DNA of 64,000 nt, taken from the NCBI GenBank assembly GCA_036149055.1, contig JAYZQJ010000007.1:75485-139484 (forward strand). The letters are read 5' to 3'. The notes beneath the pieces are model-generated. The model searched no databases. It saw only the letters and a list, made by a program, of their open reading frames with translations, and was not told the DNA's origin. Shown here piece by piece: positions 26,837 through 36,875 of the stretch. This DNA is from Myxococcota bacterium. GTDB taxonomy: Bacteria; Myxococcota_A; Polyangia; Polyangiales; Sandaracinaceae. The translations under genes were made by a program, and so were the position numbers. The number at the start of each line of letters is the position of its first letter. The stretch's first letter is position 1.

Positions 26837-29800
26837 ATGAGCGACTTCCCGAGCACGGACCGGTTCGAGATCCGCCGTCGCCTCGGCTCGGGCAGCTACG
26901 GCGTGGTGTTCGAGGCCTTCGATCGCGAGCGGCGGAGCCCGATCGCGCTCAAGTGGCTCAGCTACGTCGAGCCCGAGACCATTCATCGGTTCAAGAACGA
27001 GTTCCGGAGCCTCGCGGAGATCAGCCACGACAACCTCGTGCAGCTCTTCGACCTCGAGAGCGACGGGGACCGCTGGTTCTTCACGATGGAGCTCGTCCGC
27101 GGGGTGCCGCTGCCGGAGTTCTTCCGGCCGGACGCGATGCCCCCCGGGGCCGAGACCATGCGCCGGCTCGCGGCGAGCGACGTGATCCCCCGGGTCCGGC
27201 GCGGAGAGGGCAGCGTGCCTCCGCCCGGCACGACCCTGCCGCCGCTCGACGTCGACCCGGAGGAGCTGCGCGCGGTGTTCCGCGAGCTCGCCCTCGGGGT
27301 CGCCGCGCTGCACGAGGCGGGCAAGCTGCACCGCGATCTGAAGTGTCAGAACTGCCTCGTGACGCCGGACGGCCGGGTCGTGCTCCTCGACTTCGGGCTG
27401 GTGCGAGACCTCGAGCAGGTGCGGCGGGCCGAGCCGAACGACATCGCGGGCACCCCCCTCTACATGGCTCCGGAGCAGTGCGCGGGCGCCCCGACCGAGC
27501 GCTCGGCCGACTGGTACGCGTTCGGCGTCATGCTCTTCCGCGCGCTGACCGACTCGTTCCCGTTCGACGGGCGCATGTACGAGGTGATGGCGGCCAAGCA
27601 GCAGTTCCCGGCGCCTCGCCCGTCCGACCGCGTGCTCGAGATCCCCGAGGATCTCGAGTCGCTCTGCGTCGATCTGCTCGCCCGTGACCCGAGCGACCGT
27701 CCGGGGGCGGAGGCCATCCTCCGGCGCCTCGGGGCCGGGCCGGATCGAGCGCGCGCCTCTTACCCGGGGCGCTCCGCGGAGGTCTTCGTCGGCCGGCGCC
27801 GCGAGCTCCGCGCGCTCGAGTCGGCGCGCCGGGCGGTCGAGGCCGGCCAGCCGCGCGCGGTCTTCGTGCACGGGGCGAGCGGCATCGGCAAGAGCTCGCT
27901 GATCCGGCACTTCCTCGACCGCCTCCAGACCAGCGATCCCGACGCGCTCGTGCTCGAGGGGCGCTGCTTCGAGCGGGAGACGCTCCCCTACAAGGCGCTC
28001 GACAGCGTGGTCGACGCGCTGGTGAGCCACCTGCTGACGCTCCCGCAGGAGGAGGCCGAGGAGGTCGTCCCGCCGGAGATCGGCGATCTCGTGCGGGTGT
28101 TCCCCGCGCTGACCCGCGTGCCGCACCTCCGCGACGGCAACGCGGTCCTCTCCGACGTCCCGGACCCGCAGGAGCAGCGACGCCGCGCGGTGGCCGCGTT
28201 CCGCGAGCTGCTCGCCCGGCTGGCTGCGCGCCGCGAGGTGATCGTCTTCATCGACGATCTGCAGTGGGGCGACCGGGACAGCGCGCACCTGCTCGGGCCG
28301 ACCATGGCCACGCTCGACGCCCCTCCGATCTTGTGGATCGGCGCCTGCCGCAGCGACGAGGCGGCCGACAGCCCCTTCCTCTCGGCGATCGAGGCGGACG
28401 ACGACGTGATGAGCGTCATCCAGGTCCCCGAGCTCGAGGACGAGGAGGCGCGCACCCTGCTCGAGCTCCGGCTGAGCGGGACCGCGCGGGACGAGGAGCT
28501 CCTCGACGAGCTCGCGGACGAGGCCGCCGGCAGCCCCCTGCTCATCGATCTGTTGATCCGGCACGCCCGGGAGCAGTCGCGGGGCGGCGTCGACCTCGGG
28601 CGGGTGCTCGAGGCGCAGATGGCCGACCTCGACGAGCACGCGCGCGCCCTGCTACGGGTGCTCGCGGTGCGCGGGCGACCGATGCTCTCCCGGCTCGCGG
28701 CCGAGGTGGTGGGCGTGGACGCGTTCGACGTCAAGGCGTTGACCGGCCTGCGGAACGCCCGGCTCCTGCGCGCCCGCGGCACCGAGGACGGCGAGGAGCT
28801 CGAGATCTATCACGACCGGATCCGGCAGACGGTGGCGCGGAGCATGGACGCCGAGGTCGAGCGTCAGGTGCACGCCCAGCTCGCGCGAGCGCTGCGCGGC
28901 GCCCCCGACGTGGAGCCGGAGAGCCTGGCGCTGCACTACCGCGGCGCGGGGGAGCTCGGCGAGGCCTTCCACTACACGCTCGAGGGCGCGCGCCGCGCGG
29001 AGAGCGCCCTGGCCTTCGAGCGAGCGGCGGATCTCTACCGGTCCGCGCTGGCGCTCCGGCCGCAGGTCGAGGACGCGCGCGAGCGGGAGGCGGAGCTCTG
29101 GGTCGCGCTGGCCGACGCGCTGCGCAACGCCGGTCGAGGCGCGGAGGCGGCGGAGGCCTATGTCGCCGCGGCCGCGCTCTCGCCTCGCCGCCGCGCCCTG
29201 GAGCTGCGCCGCCGGGCGGCCGAGCAGTACCTCTTCAGCGGTCACCTCGACGAGGGCCGCGCGGTGCTGCGCACGGTGCTCGAGGCGGTGGGGCTCACCT
29301 TCCCGACCCACCCGGCGCGCGCGTTCGCCGAGTTCCTCACCCGCCGCGCCCAGGTGAGGCTCCGGGGGCTGTCGTTCCGCGAGGCGAGCCCCGAGCGCAT
29401 CCCCGAGGAGGAGCTCCTGCGGATCGACACCTGCTGGAGCGTGTCCATCGGGCTCGCGATGATCGACCCGGTCCGCGGCGGCGTCTTCCAGGCGAGACAC
29501 CTCCTCATGGCGCTCGACGCCGGGGACCTGGGGCGGGTCGCGCGGGCGGTGGCCGTCGAGGTCCCCTTCGCCGCGACCGCGGGCACCTCCGCCCACGCCC
29601 GGACGCTCGAGCTCCAGCGCCGTGGCCGCGAGCTCGCGGAGCGCGCGGGCTCTCCCTACAACCTCGGGCTGCTGGCCTCGTCGAGCGGCGGCGCGGCGTG
29701 GCTCGAGGGGCGCTGGCGAGACGCCTTCGGCCTCGAAGAGGAGGCGCTGCGCATCCTCCGCGAGCAGTGCACGGGCGTGGCCTGGGAGATCGCCAGCTCC

Positions 29801-30562
29801 ACCATCGTCTACCTCGACGTGCTCTGGCGCATGGGGCGCTGGAACGAGCTCTTCGAGCAGGTCCCGGCGATCCTGGCCGACGCGACGTCGCGCGGTGATC
29901 TGCTCCTCGAGATCTACCTGCGGGTGAAGTTCCGGGCGCTCGGGGAGCTCGCGCGGGGTCGCCCGGACGATGCGGTGCGCGAGGCTCGCGAGGGCCTGGC
30001 GCGCTGGTCGCAGCCGAGCTTCCAGCTGCTCCATCTGTGGGAGCTCTTCCTGCGGGTGGAGGCCCAGATGTACGCCGGCCGACCGGGCGCGGCGCGCGAG
30101 CGGCTCGAGGCGGCCTGGGGCGCGCTCTGGCGCTCGCAGCTCCTTCAGCTCCAGATGTACGACGTGACCATGCAGGACCTCGCGGCGCGCGTGAACGTGG
30201 CGTGCGCGACGGAGACGTCGGGCCGGGCGCGCGCGAGGCTGCTCAAGGGGGCGCGCAAGCACCTGAAGAAGCTCGACAAGTCGGCCGCCCCGTGGGCCCG
30301 GGGGCTCGTCGCCCTCACGCGCGCCGGCGCGGCCACCCTCGACGGGACCGAGCGCGAGGTCCGCGCCTGGCTCGACCGGGCGGAGGCTGAGCTGACCGGG
30401 GCCGACATGGAGCTGCACGCCGAGGTCGCGCGGGCTCGGAGGGCACAGTGGGACGGCCACGCGGCCCGCCTCGCCGCGAGCCGGGAGGCGATCGAGCGCG
30501 CCGGCGTCGCGGAGCCCGCGCGCTTCCTCGACACCTGGGCCCCCGGTCGATGGGACCGCTGA
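26837..30562 (+). CDS. Ser/Thr kinase - STAND/AAA ATPase - TPR-like protein, 1241 aa
   Basis: LGSGSYG, ALK, HRDLK, DFG, GTPLYMAPE; FVGR, GASGIGKS, IDDLQWGD, GSPL. Confidence 0.9.
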   Translation: MSDFPSTDRFEIRRRLGSGSYGVVFEAFDRERRSPIALKWLSYVEPETIHRFKNEFRSLAEISHDNLVQLFDLESDGDRWFFTMELVRGVPLPEFFRPDAMPPGAETMRRLAASDVIPRVRRGEGSVPPPGTTLPPLDVDPEELRAVFRELALGVAALHEAGKLHRDLKCQNCLVTPDGRVVLLDFGLVRDLEQVRRAEPNDIAGTPLYMAPEQCAGAPTERSADWYAFGVMLFRALTDSFPFDGRMYEVMAAKQQFPAPRPSDRVLEIPEDLESLCVDLLARDPSDRPGAEAILRRLGAGPDRARASYPGRSAEVFVGRRRELRALESARRAVEAGQPRAVFVHGASGIGKSSLIRHFLDRLQTSDPDALVLEGRCFERETLPYKALDSVVDALVSHLLTLPQEEAEEVVPPEIGDLVRVFPALTRVPHLRDGNAVLSDVPDPQEQRRRAVAAFRELLARLAARREVIVFIDDLQWGDRDSAHLLGPTMATLDAPPILWIGACRSDEAADSPFLSAIEADDDVMSVIQVPELEDEEARTLLELRLSGTARDEELLDELADEAAGSPLLIDLLIRHAREQSRGGVDLGRVLEAQMADLDEHARALLRVLAVRGRPMLSRLAAEVVGVDAFDVKALTGLRNARLLRARGTEDGEELEIYHDRIRQTVARSMDAEVERQVHAQLARALRGAPDVEPESLALHYRGAGELGEAFHYTLEGARRAESALAFERAADLYRSALALRPQVEDAREREAELWVALADALRNAGRGAEAAEAYVAAAALSPRRRALELRRRAAEQYLFSGHLDEGRAVLRTVLEAVGLTFPTHPARAFAEFLTRRAQVRLRGLSFREASPERIPEEELLRIDTCWSVSIGLAMIDPVRGGVFQARHLLMALDAGDLGRVARAVAVEVPFAATAGTSAHARTLELQRRGRELAERAGSPYNLGLLASSSGGAAWLEGRWRDAFGLEEEALRILREQCTGVAWEIASSTIVYLDVLWRMGRWNELFEQVPAILADATSRGDLLLEIYLRVKFRALGELARGRPDDAVREAREGLARWSQPSFQLLHLWELFLRVEAQMYAGRPGAARERLEAAWGALWRSQLLQLQMYDVTMQDLAARVNVACATETSGRARARLLKGARKHLKKLDKSAAPWARGLVALTRAGAATLDGTEREVRAWLDRAEAELTGADMELHAEVARARRAQWDGHAARLAASREAIERAGVAEPARFLDTWAPGRWDR

Positions 30563-31779
30563 TCCGGCGCGTCGCGCTCGCCGCCGCGCTGCTCGGGTGC
30601 GCCGAGGATCCCGCGCCGACCCAGCCCCCGGAGGAGACCCTCCCCGAAGTGACCGAGCCAGGGCCCGGGTCGGATCCCGAGCCCGAGGCGCCGCCCGAAG
30701 AGCCGGCCGATCTGCCCGCCCCGGAGGCGGCCGCGCCCGCCGCCCTCGGCGCGGTCCCCGAGCTCACCGAGCCCGGCTGCGCCTTCGCGGCCCCCGCCGC
30801 GATCGGGCCCGGCGAGTGGGGCGACGTCGCGGCGTCGGAGGGCGGCTTCGTGGCCGCGGTCCTGCACGCCGACGAGGCCGGCGAGACGCTCACCACCTTC
30901 CGGCTCGACCCGGCGGGAGGCTCGGCGCCCTTGACCGAGCGCCGGCTCGACCACCCGGTGCCTCCCGCCCGACGCGGCGCCGGCCCGATCGTCGACGCCG
31001 CGCGCGTGGCGTGGGTCGACGCGGAGCGCGGCCTCCACGTGGCGCCGCTCCAGGGCGGCGACCCGGCGCCGGTCGGCCAGCCCGCCTCGCTCCGCTTCAC
31101 GCCCGCGCTGGTCTCCGGCGGAGAGGCCCGCGCCATCGCCTGGACCGACGACTCCGGCACCCCGATGCGGGTCCGCGCGCGGCGGCTCGGCGCCGACGGC
31201 CGCCCGACCGGCGAGGCGGCGGACCTGACGCCCTCGGGCGGCGGCGGGGCGGCGCCGGTCGCGCACGGGGAGGGCCTCGTCTTCCTAGACCCTCGGGCGG
31301 CGATGAGCGTCGCCCACCGCGCGTCGGTGGGGCCCCAGGGCTTCGGCGAGGCCGCGGTGGCGCGCCCGGTGGGCCTCGTGACCGCGCCGCCCCAGATCGC
31401 CGCGATCGGCGAGCCGCCGGGCCTGCTCGCGTTCACCGCGGTGGGCGCCGCCGCCACGACCGCGGTCGGGCTCGTGCCCCTCGAGGGGGCGACCCCGGCG
31501 CAGCCCATCGTCCGCGGCACCGGGTACGGCACGCTGCACGTGGACGGCGACGGACGGCTGCTCGTGGCCGACGCGCCGCTCGACCGGCCCCCGGAGTCGC
31601 CGCGCGAGCTCCACGTGCACGCGGTCGGCGCGGACGGCGCGCTGAGCGAGGCGACCGTGATCCGGGGCCCCGACGGGCACGCGCGTCGCGGCCGGATCGC
31701 GTCGTCGGGGGAGCTCGTCGCGGTGCTGTTCGAGGCGGCCGGCCGCGTCTACGTGTCCCTGGGACGCTGTCGGCCCTAG
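30550..31779 (+). CDS. hypothetical lipoprotein (beta-rich)
   Basis: ATG 30550, lipobox ALLGC, Pro/Glu linker; overlaps kinase stop. Confidence 0.6.
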   Translation: MGPLIRRVALAAALLGCAEDPAPTQPPEETLPEVTEPGPGSDPEPEAPPEEPADLPAPEAAAPAALGAVPELTEPGCAFAAPAAIGPGEWGDVAASEGGFVAAVLHADEAGETLTTFRLDPAGGSAPLTERRLDHPVPPARRGAGPIVDAARVAWVDAERGLHVAPLQGGDPAPVGQPASLRFTPALVSGGEARAIAWTDDSGTPMRVRARRLGADGRPTGEAADLTPSGGGGAAPVAHGEGLVFLDPRAAMSVAHRASVGPQGFGEAAVARPVGLVTAPPQIAAIGEPPGLLAFTAVGAAATTAVGLVPLEGATPAQPIVRGTGYGTLHVDGDGRLLVADAPLDRPPESPRELHVHAVGADGALSEATVIRGPDGHARRGRIASSGELVAVLFEAAGRVYVSLGRCRP

Positions 31780-31792
31780 GGAAGAGCAACGA

Positions 31793-33214
31793 ATGAAGAG
31801 AGTGAACGTCGACGTCGCCGTGATCGGCGCCGGGACGGCCGGCCTGAACGCGCGCCGCGAGGCCGCGCGCGCGGGCAAGTCCCACGTCTTGATCGAGCGG
31901 GGGGCCTACGGCACCACCTGCGCCCGGGTGGGCTGCATGCCGTCCAAGCTGCTGATCGCCGCCGCCGAGGCCGCGCGCGGCGTGTCGCGCGCCGCCACCT
32001 TCGGGGTGCGCGCGGCCGGCGTGGAGATCGACGGGCGCGCGGTGATGGAGCGGGTGCGCGCGCTGCGCGACGACTTCGTCTCCGGGGTCGTCGAGTCCAC
32101 CGAGGCGATCGACGACGAGGCGCGCCTCCGCGGCGAGGCCCGCTTCGTCGACACCACCACCCTGCGGGTGGGCGACGACGTGGAGGTGCGCGCCGGCGCG
32201 GTGGTCATCGCCACCGGGAGCGCGCCCTGGATCCCCCCGGCCTTCGAGGGCGTAGGCGCCGACACCAGCGACACGATCTTCGAGTGGGAGACGCTGCCCG
32301 CGCGCCTCGCGGTGATCGGCACCGGGGTGATCGGGCTGGAGCTCGGCCAGGCGCTCTCGCGCCTCGGGGTGGAGGTGGCCTTCTTCAACCCGAACGAGGA
32401 GGTCGGCGCGTTCACCGATCCCGAGCTGGCCCAGGCGCAGCGTCAGCTGCTCGAGGCGGAGCTGGAGCTGCACACCGGGGTCGAGGAGCTCGGCGCGCGG
32501 CGCGAAGGCGAGACGATCACCGTCACCTGGTCGCGCGACGGCGAGCGACACTCCCGCGCCTTCGATCGCGTGCTGGTCGCCGCAGGTCGCCGCCCGAACC
32601 TCGAGGGCCTGGGCCTCGAGCGCACCGGCCTCCCGCTCGACGAGCGCGGCGTGCCGCCCTGGGATCCGCGCACGTGCCGCTGCGGGGACGCGCCCATCTT
32701 CATGGCCGGCGACGTGACCGGGCATCGGCCGCTCCTGCACGAGGCCTCCGACGAGGGGCACATCGCGGGCGAGAACGCGTCGTTCCCCTGCGCCGTCGGC
32801 GCCCACGTGCGGCGCACCCCGCTGCACATCGCCTTCACCGACCCCCAGAGCGCGATGGTGGGGACCTCGTTCGAGGCGCTGCCCGAGGACGCCGCGACCG
32901 CGAGCGCGTCCTTCGTCGACCAGGGCCGCGCCCGGGTGATCGCGCAGAACCACGGCCTGATCCGCGTCTACGCCGATCGATCGAGCTGCGAGCTGATCGG
33001 GGCCGAGATGCTCGGCCCGCAGGTGGAGCACCTGGCCCACCTCGTCGCCTTCATGGTGCAGCGGAAGCTGACGGTGCAGGAGACGCTGCAGCTGCCGATC
33101 TATCACCCGACGCTCGAGGAGGGCCTGCGGACGGCGCTGAGGCAGCTCGCCAAGGCGCTCGAGATCGACGGCAGCTGCCGCCACGAGGACCTCGCCGACT
33201 GCCCGGGTGGGTGA
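31793..33214 (+). CDS. dihydrolipoyl dehydrogenase-like pyridine nucleotide-disulfide oxidoreductase
   Basis: GAGTAG, CARVGCMPSK redox disulfide, IATGS, GTGVIGLE, AGD, HPTLEE. Confidence 0.9.
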   Translation: MKRVNVDVAVIGAGTAGLNARREAARAGKSHVLIERGAYGTTCARVGCMPSKLLIAAAEAARGVSRAATFGVRAAGVEIDGRAVMERVRALRDDFVSGVVESTEAIDDEARLRGEARFVDTTTLRVGDDVEVRAGAVVIATGSAPWIPPAFEGVGADTSDTIFEWETLPARLAVIGTGVIGLELGQALSRLGVEVAFFNPNEEVGAFTDPELAQAQRQLLEAELELHTGVEELGARREGETITVTWSRDGERHSRAFDRVLVAAGRRPNLEGLGLERTGLPLDERGVPPWDPRTCRCGDAPIFMAGDVTGHRPLLHEASDEGHIAGENASFPCAVGAHVRRTPLHIAFTDPQSAMVGTSFEALPEDAATASASFVDQGRARVIAQNHGLIRVYADRSSCELIGAEMLGPQVEHLAHLVAFMVQRKLTVQETLQLPIYHPTLEEGLRTALRQLAKALEIDGSCRHEDLADCPGG

Positions 33215-33217
33215 CGA

Positions 33218-34339
33218 TCACTCGGCGGCGATGGCCGGCGCGCTCACCTTGCTCCTGAGCGTGCCGCTCGTGCGCTCCGAGAAGACGATCGAGGGGAAGA
33301 GGCCGGGCGCGACCGCCGACGGCGTGACCTCGCTCGAGGGGAACATCTGCACGAACGCGGGCGCCCCGGGCACCCGGTCGACGACCGAGCGCTCCAGCAC
33401 CATCGAGATGTACTGCTCGGCGCCCTCCTCGGGCGTGTTCGCGTTGAGCACCACCTCGACGTCGTAGGTCCGCGCGAAGCCCTGCAGGCCCGGGATGCGC
33501 GACTCGTAGGGGCTCCAGTTGTCGGCGCTGGTCCCGTTCTCGCTGCAGCCGAAGACGCCTCCGTCGGCGTGCGCGAAGAGCGTCTGGTTGCCGCTGGTGT
33601 GGCCCGGGGTGCGCAGCAGCAGGCAGCCGTCCCCGAGCGAGAGGTCCCCGTCGGTCAGCACCACCCGGTCGAGCGGCACGTCGCGCTTGCCGTCGGCGAT
33701 GAACCACGCGCGCTGCATCGGGTGGAGTCGATCCCAGTCCTCCCACTCGGCGCGGGGCGCGAGCAGCTTCGCGTTGGGGAAGCGCGCCTGCATCGGGCCG
33801 CGGAGCCCGTCGCCCTTCACCGTGCCGAGGCTCGGCCGGAGGTCCTGGGTGTGGAAGTGGTCGAAGGCGATGACGTCGATGTCCTCGGGCGCGACGCCGA
33901 GCTCGCGCAGCCCGTCCTCCACGGTGCCGAACGAGCGGCCGATGAGGTCCTCGGCCCAGCCGAAGCGCTCGAGCAGGTGCGCGAAGAACGGCGTGTTGCG
34001 AGAGGTCTCGCGATCGGTCGGGTTGAAGAGGATGTTCCGGAGCCGGCCCTCGGCCTCGACCTGTACCAGCAGGCAGCGGTGACGCAGGGTGACGTACGGG
34101 AAGGGCAGCGGGCAGGCGGTCTGGAAGGCGTACTTCGTCGGGTAGACGAGGTCGGTGACGTCGAGCGTCCGGACGGCCACCACCTTCGGCCCCTCGCGGA
34201 GATCGTCGCCGAGCCGCTCGCCCGCGCGTCGCACCGCGTCGAGCCTTCGCCCCGCGCTCCGGTGGGCGCGCGCCTCGTCGAGGTCGTGGATCTGTCGGAC
34301 CCAGGGCAGGTCCGGGTGCACGGGATCGCCGGTCTTCAT
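33218..34339 (-). CDS. metallo-beta-lactamase-fold protein (atypical motif)
   Basis: DHFHTQD in place of HxHxDH; FPNAK; TPGHTSG. Confidence 0.7.
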   Translation of the reverse strand: MKTGDPVHPDLPWVRQIHDLDEARAHRSAGRRLDAVRRAGERLGDDLREGPKVVAVRTLDVTDLVYPTKYAFQTACPLPFPYVTLRHRCLLVQVEAEGRLRNILFNPTDRETSRNTPFFAHLLERFGWAEDLIGRSFGTVEDGLRELGVAPEDIDVIAFDHFHTQDLRPSLGTVKGDGLRGPMQARFPNAKLLAPRAEWEDWDRLHPMQRAWFIADGKRDVPLDRVVLTDGDLSLGDGCLLLRTPGHTSGNQTLFAHADGGVFGCSENGTSADNWSPYESRIPGLQGFARTYDVEVVLNANTPEEGAEQYISMVLERSVVDRVPGAPAFVQMFPSSEVTPSAVAPGLFPSIVFSERTSGTLRSKVSAPAIAAE

Positions 34340-34342
34340 CGC

Positions 34343-34795
34343 TCACACGATGGAGCATCCGGCGCCGCGATCAACCTTCTTCGACAGCTCCGCCCAGCTG
34401 CGCCCGGGCTCGGCGTCGGTCGCGCTCGGCAGGCCCTCCTGCTCCCAGCCCGCCTCGAGCGCGCGCCCGAACGGATCGGTCGCGCCGCTCCACCCGCCGC
34501 GCTGATCCAGCACGTGCGTGTAGCCGCGGGCCTCGAGCTGCTGCGCCGCCCGGAACGAGCGGCCGCCGGCCTTGCAGCCGAGCACCAGCTTCGCGTCCTT
34601 GGGGAAGGACGCCTCCACCGCGGCGATGAAGTCGGGGTTCGGCTCCATTCCGCCTGCGCCCATGTGCATCAACGGCACGTTGTAGGCCCCGGCGGGGTGA
34701 CCCTGCTCGAACTCCGGCACGGAGCGGACGTCCAGATACGTCCACCCCTCGTCCAGCCGCGCCTTCGCGTCCTTGGGGGAGATGCGCTCGACCAT
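34343..34795 (-). CDS. rhodanese-like domain protein
   Basis: LDVRSVPEFEQGHPAGA, CKAGGRS active loop, GGWSG. Confidence 0.9.
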   Translation of the reverse strand: MVERISPKDAKARLDEGWTYLDVRSVPEFEQGHPAGAYNVPLMHMGAGGMEPNPDFIAAVEASFPKDAKLVLGCKAGGRSFRAAQQLEARGYTHVLDQRGGWSGATDPFGRALEAGWEQEGLPSATDAEPGRSWAELSKKVDRGAGCSIV

Positions 34796-34826
34796 GCCTG
34801 GCATGTGACCGCTGCCGGGGGGCCCG

Positions 34827-35753
34827 TCAACCCAGCGCGTCGCGCACGAACACGTCCTCCAGCGTCTCCCGATGGGGAGTCACCCCCAGCACCCGAGCGC
34901 CGGCCGCGAGCGCCGCCTCGAGCACCGGCTGCGCCCCCTCCGCGCCCTCGGCGAGCACGACCCAGCGGTCGTCGTCCTCGCGCACCGTCACCGCGAGCCT
35001 CTCGAGCTCGGTCACCAGCGCGGGCGTGACCTCGGCGAGCTCCACCTCCACCCGGCGCGTGTCGGCGCGGAGCAGCTCGGCGAGGCGCCCGTAGTGGATC
35101 ATCTCGCCCCGGCGCATGATGCCGACCCGATCGCAGAGCAGCTCCACGTCCGCGAGGATGTGGCTGGTGAAGAGGATCGTCTTGCCGGCCCGACGCTGCT
35201 CGAGGATCAGGTCGCGCACCTCCTTGCGCCCGATCGGGTCGAGGCCGCTCATCGGCTCGTCCAGGATCAGCAGCTCGGGATCGTGGAGGAGCGCCTGGGC
35301 GAGCCCGATGCGCTGCATCATGCCCTTGCTGAACTTGCCGATCGGGCGATCGGTCGCGTGGCCGAGGCCCACCCGCTCGACCATCTCCTTGCCCCGCTTC
35401 TCCCGCGCCGCGGCGTCCAGGCCCGCGAGCCGCCCGCAGAGATCGAGGAACTCGAGCGGCCGGAGGTACTGATAGACGTACGGATTCTCGGGCAGGTAGC
35501 CGACCCGGCCCATCACCGACGGCCCGGGGCTCTCCTGCCCGAAGAGCGTGATCGAGCCCGCGCTCGGGAAGATCAGCCGCAGCACGCACTTGATCGAGGT
35601 GGTCTTGCCCGCCCCGTTGGGGCCGAGGAGGCCGAAGATCTCTCCCGGGCGGACCTCGAAGTCGATGCCCCGGACCGCCTCGACGCGCTTGCGGAAGAAC
35701 CCGATCCGGAAGGTCTTCTCCAGGCCCTTCACCACCAGCACGTCGTCGCTCAT
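34827..35753 (-). CDS. ABC transporter ATP-binding protein, 308 aa
   Basis: [14 protein letters not shown] signature, [13 protein letters not shown]. Confidence 0.92.
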   Translation of the reverse strand: MSDDVLVVKGLEKTFRIGFFRKRVEAVRGIDFEVRPGEIFGLLGPNGAGKTTSIKCVLRLIFPSAGSITLFGQESPGPSVMGRVGYLPENPYVYQYLRPLEFLDLCGRLAGLDAAAREKRGKEMVERVGLGHATDRPIGKFSKGMMQRIGLAQALLHDPELLILDEPMSGLDPIGRKEVRDLILEQRRAGKTILFTSHILADVELLCDRVGIMRRGEMIHYGRLAELLRADTRRVEVELAEVTPALVTELERLAVTVREDDDRWVVLAEGAEGAQPVLEAALAAGARVLGVTPHRETLEDVFVRDALG

Positions 35754-36826
35754 GGCGCGCCCCCGGTCGCCCGCCCGAAGGCGGCCAGCACGTGGTCCAC
35801 GTCGGCGTCGGTCAGCAGCGGGTGGAGGGGGATGGCGAGGCCCTGGGTCTCGATCCGCTCGGCGTGCGGGAAGGGGCCCCCGGCCGCGCGTCCGGCCAGG
35901 CTGCCGACCCGGTGGAGGGCGTAGCTCAGCCGCCCCGCCTCGACCCCGTCCGCCCGGAGGGCCTCGACCACCGCGTCCCGATCCAGGGCGTCCGGGAGCA
36001 CCACGCCGAAGGTCTGCCAGTTGCTCTCCGCCCCGGCGACCGGCGCCTGCAGCCCGAAGCCCCCGAGCGCCTCCTGGTAGCGCGCCGCGATCGCCCGGCG
36101 GCGGGCCACGATCGCGTCGAGCCGGTCGAGCTGAGCGAGCCCCATCGCGGCCGCGAGCTCCGTCAGCCGCTGGTTGCCCGCCGGCTCCGCGAACGCGCCC
36201 GGGCCGCTGATGCCGTGGTTTCGGAGCTGCCGCAGCCGGGCGGCCAGGGCGTCGTCGTCGGTGAGGCAGGCCCCGCCTTCGCCGGTGGTGAGGAGCTTGC
36301 GCGGGTGGAAGCTGAGGCAGGCGATCGCGCCGAACGAGGGAGAGGGGCGGCCGCCGATCTCGGCCCCCAGCGAGCAGGCCGCGTCCACCACCACCGGCAG
36401 ATCGGGCAGCGCGCGCTCGACCCCGGGGTGATCGGCGGGGTTGCCGAACTGGTCGATGACGATGGCGGCCCGGGTGTCGGCGCGGCGCGCGGCGGCCAGC
36501 GCCTCCGGGCTCGCGTTCCAGCTGGCGGGGTCCACGTCGACCAGGCGCGGGGTGGCGCCGCGGCGGCAGATGGCGTGGGCGGGGCTCGGCCAGCTGAGAT
36601 CGGGGCAGAGGACCTCGCCGCCGCTCACGTCGAGCGCCTCGAGGGCGAGCTCGAGGGCCGCGGTGCCCGAGCCGCAGGCGATCGCGTGTCGGCGACCGCA
36701 GCGCTCGGCCAGGCGCGCCTCGAACGCGGCGACCCGTTCTCCCATGACGAGCATGCCGCTCTCGAGCACGGCGGCGACGCCCTCCTGCTCGGGCGGGCCG
36801 ATCCAGGGCTTCGCGAGTCGAATCAC
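35750..36826 (-). CDS. DegT/DnrJ/EryC1/StrS PLP aminotransferase
   Basis: SGTAAL, DAACSLG, SFHPRKLLTTGEGG, IPLHP. Confidence 0.9.
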   Translation of the reverse strand: MIRLAKPWIGPPEQEGVAAVLESGMLVMGERVAAFEARLAERCGRRHAIACGSGTAALELALEALDVSGGEVLCPDLSWPSPAHAICRRGATPRLVDVDPASWNASPEALAAARRADTRAAIVIDQFGNPADHPGVERALPDLPVVVDAACSLGAEIGGRPSPSFGAIACLSFHPRKLLTTGEGGACLTDDDALAARLRQLRNHGISGPGAFAEPAGNQRLTELAAAMGLAQLDRLDAIVARRRAIAARYQEALGGFGLQAPVAGAESNWQTFGVVLPDALDRDAVVEALRADGVEAGRLSYALHRVGSLAGRAAGGPFPHAERIETQGLAIPLHPLLTDADVDHVLAAFGRATGGAP

Positions 36827-36875
36827 GCGGGGAGCATACGCAATTCGGGGCCCGGGGTTGGTATACTTCGCGGCC

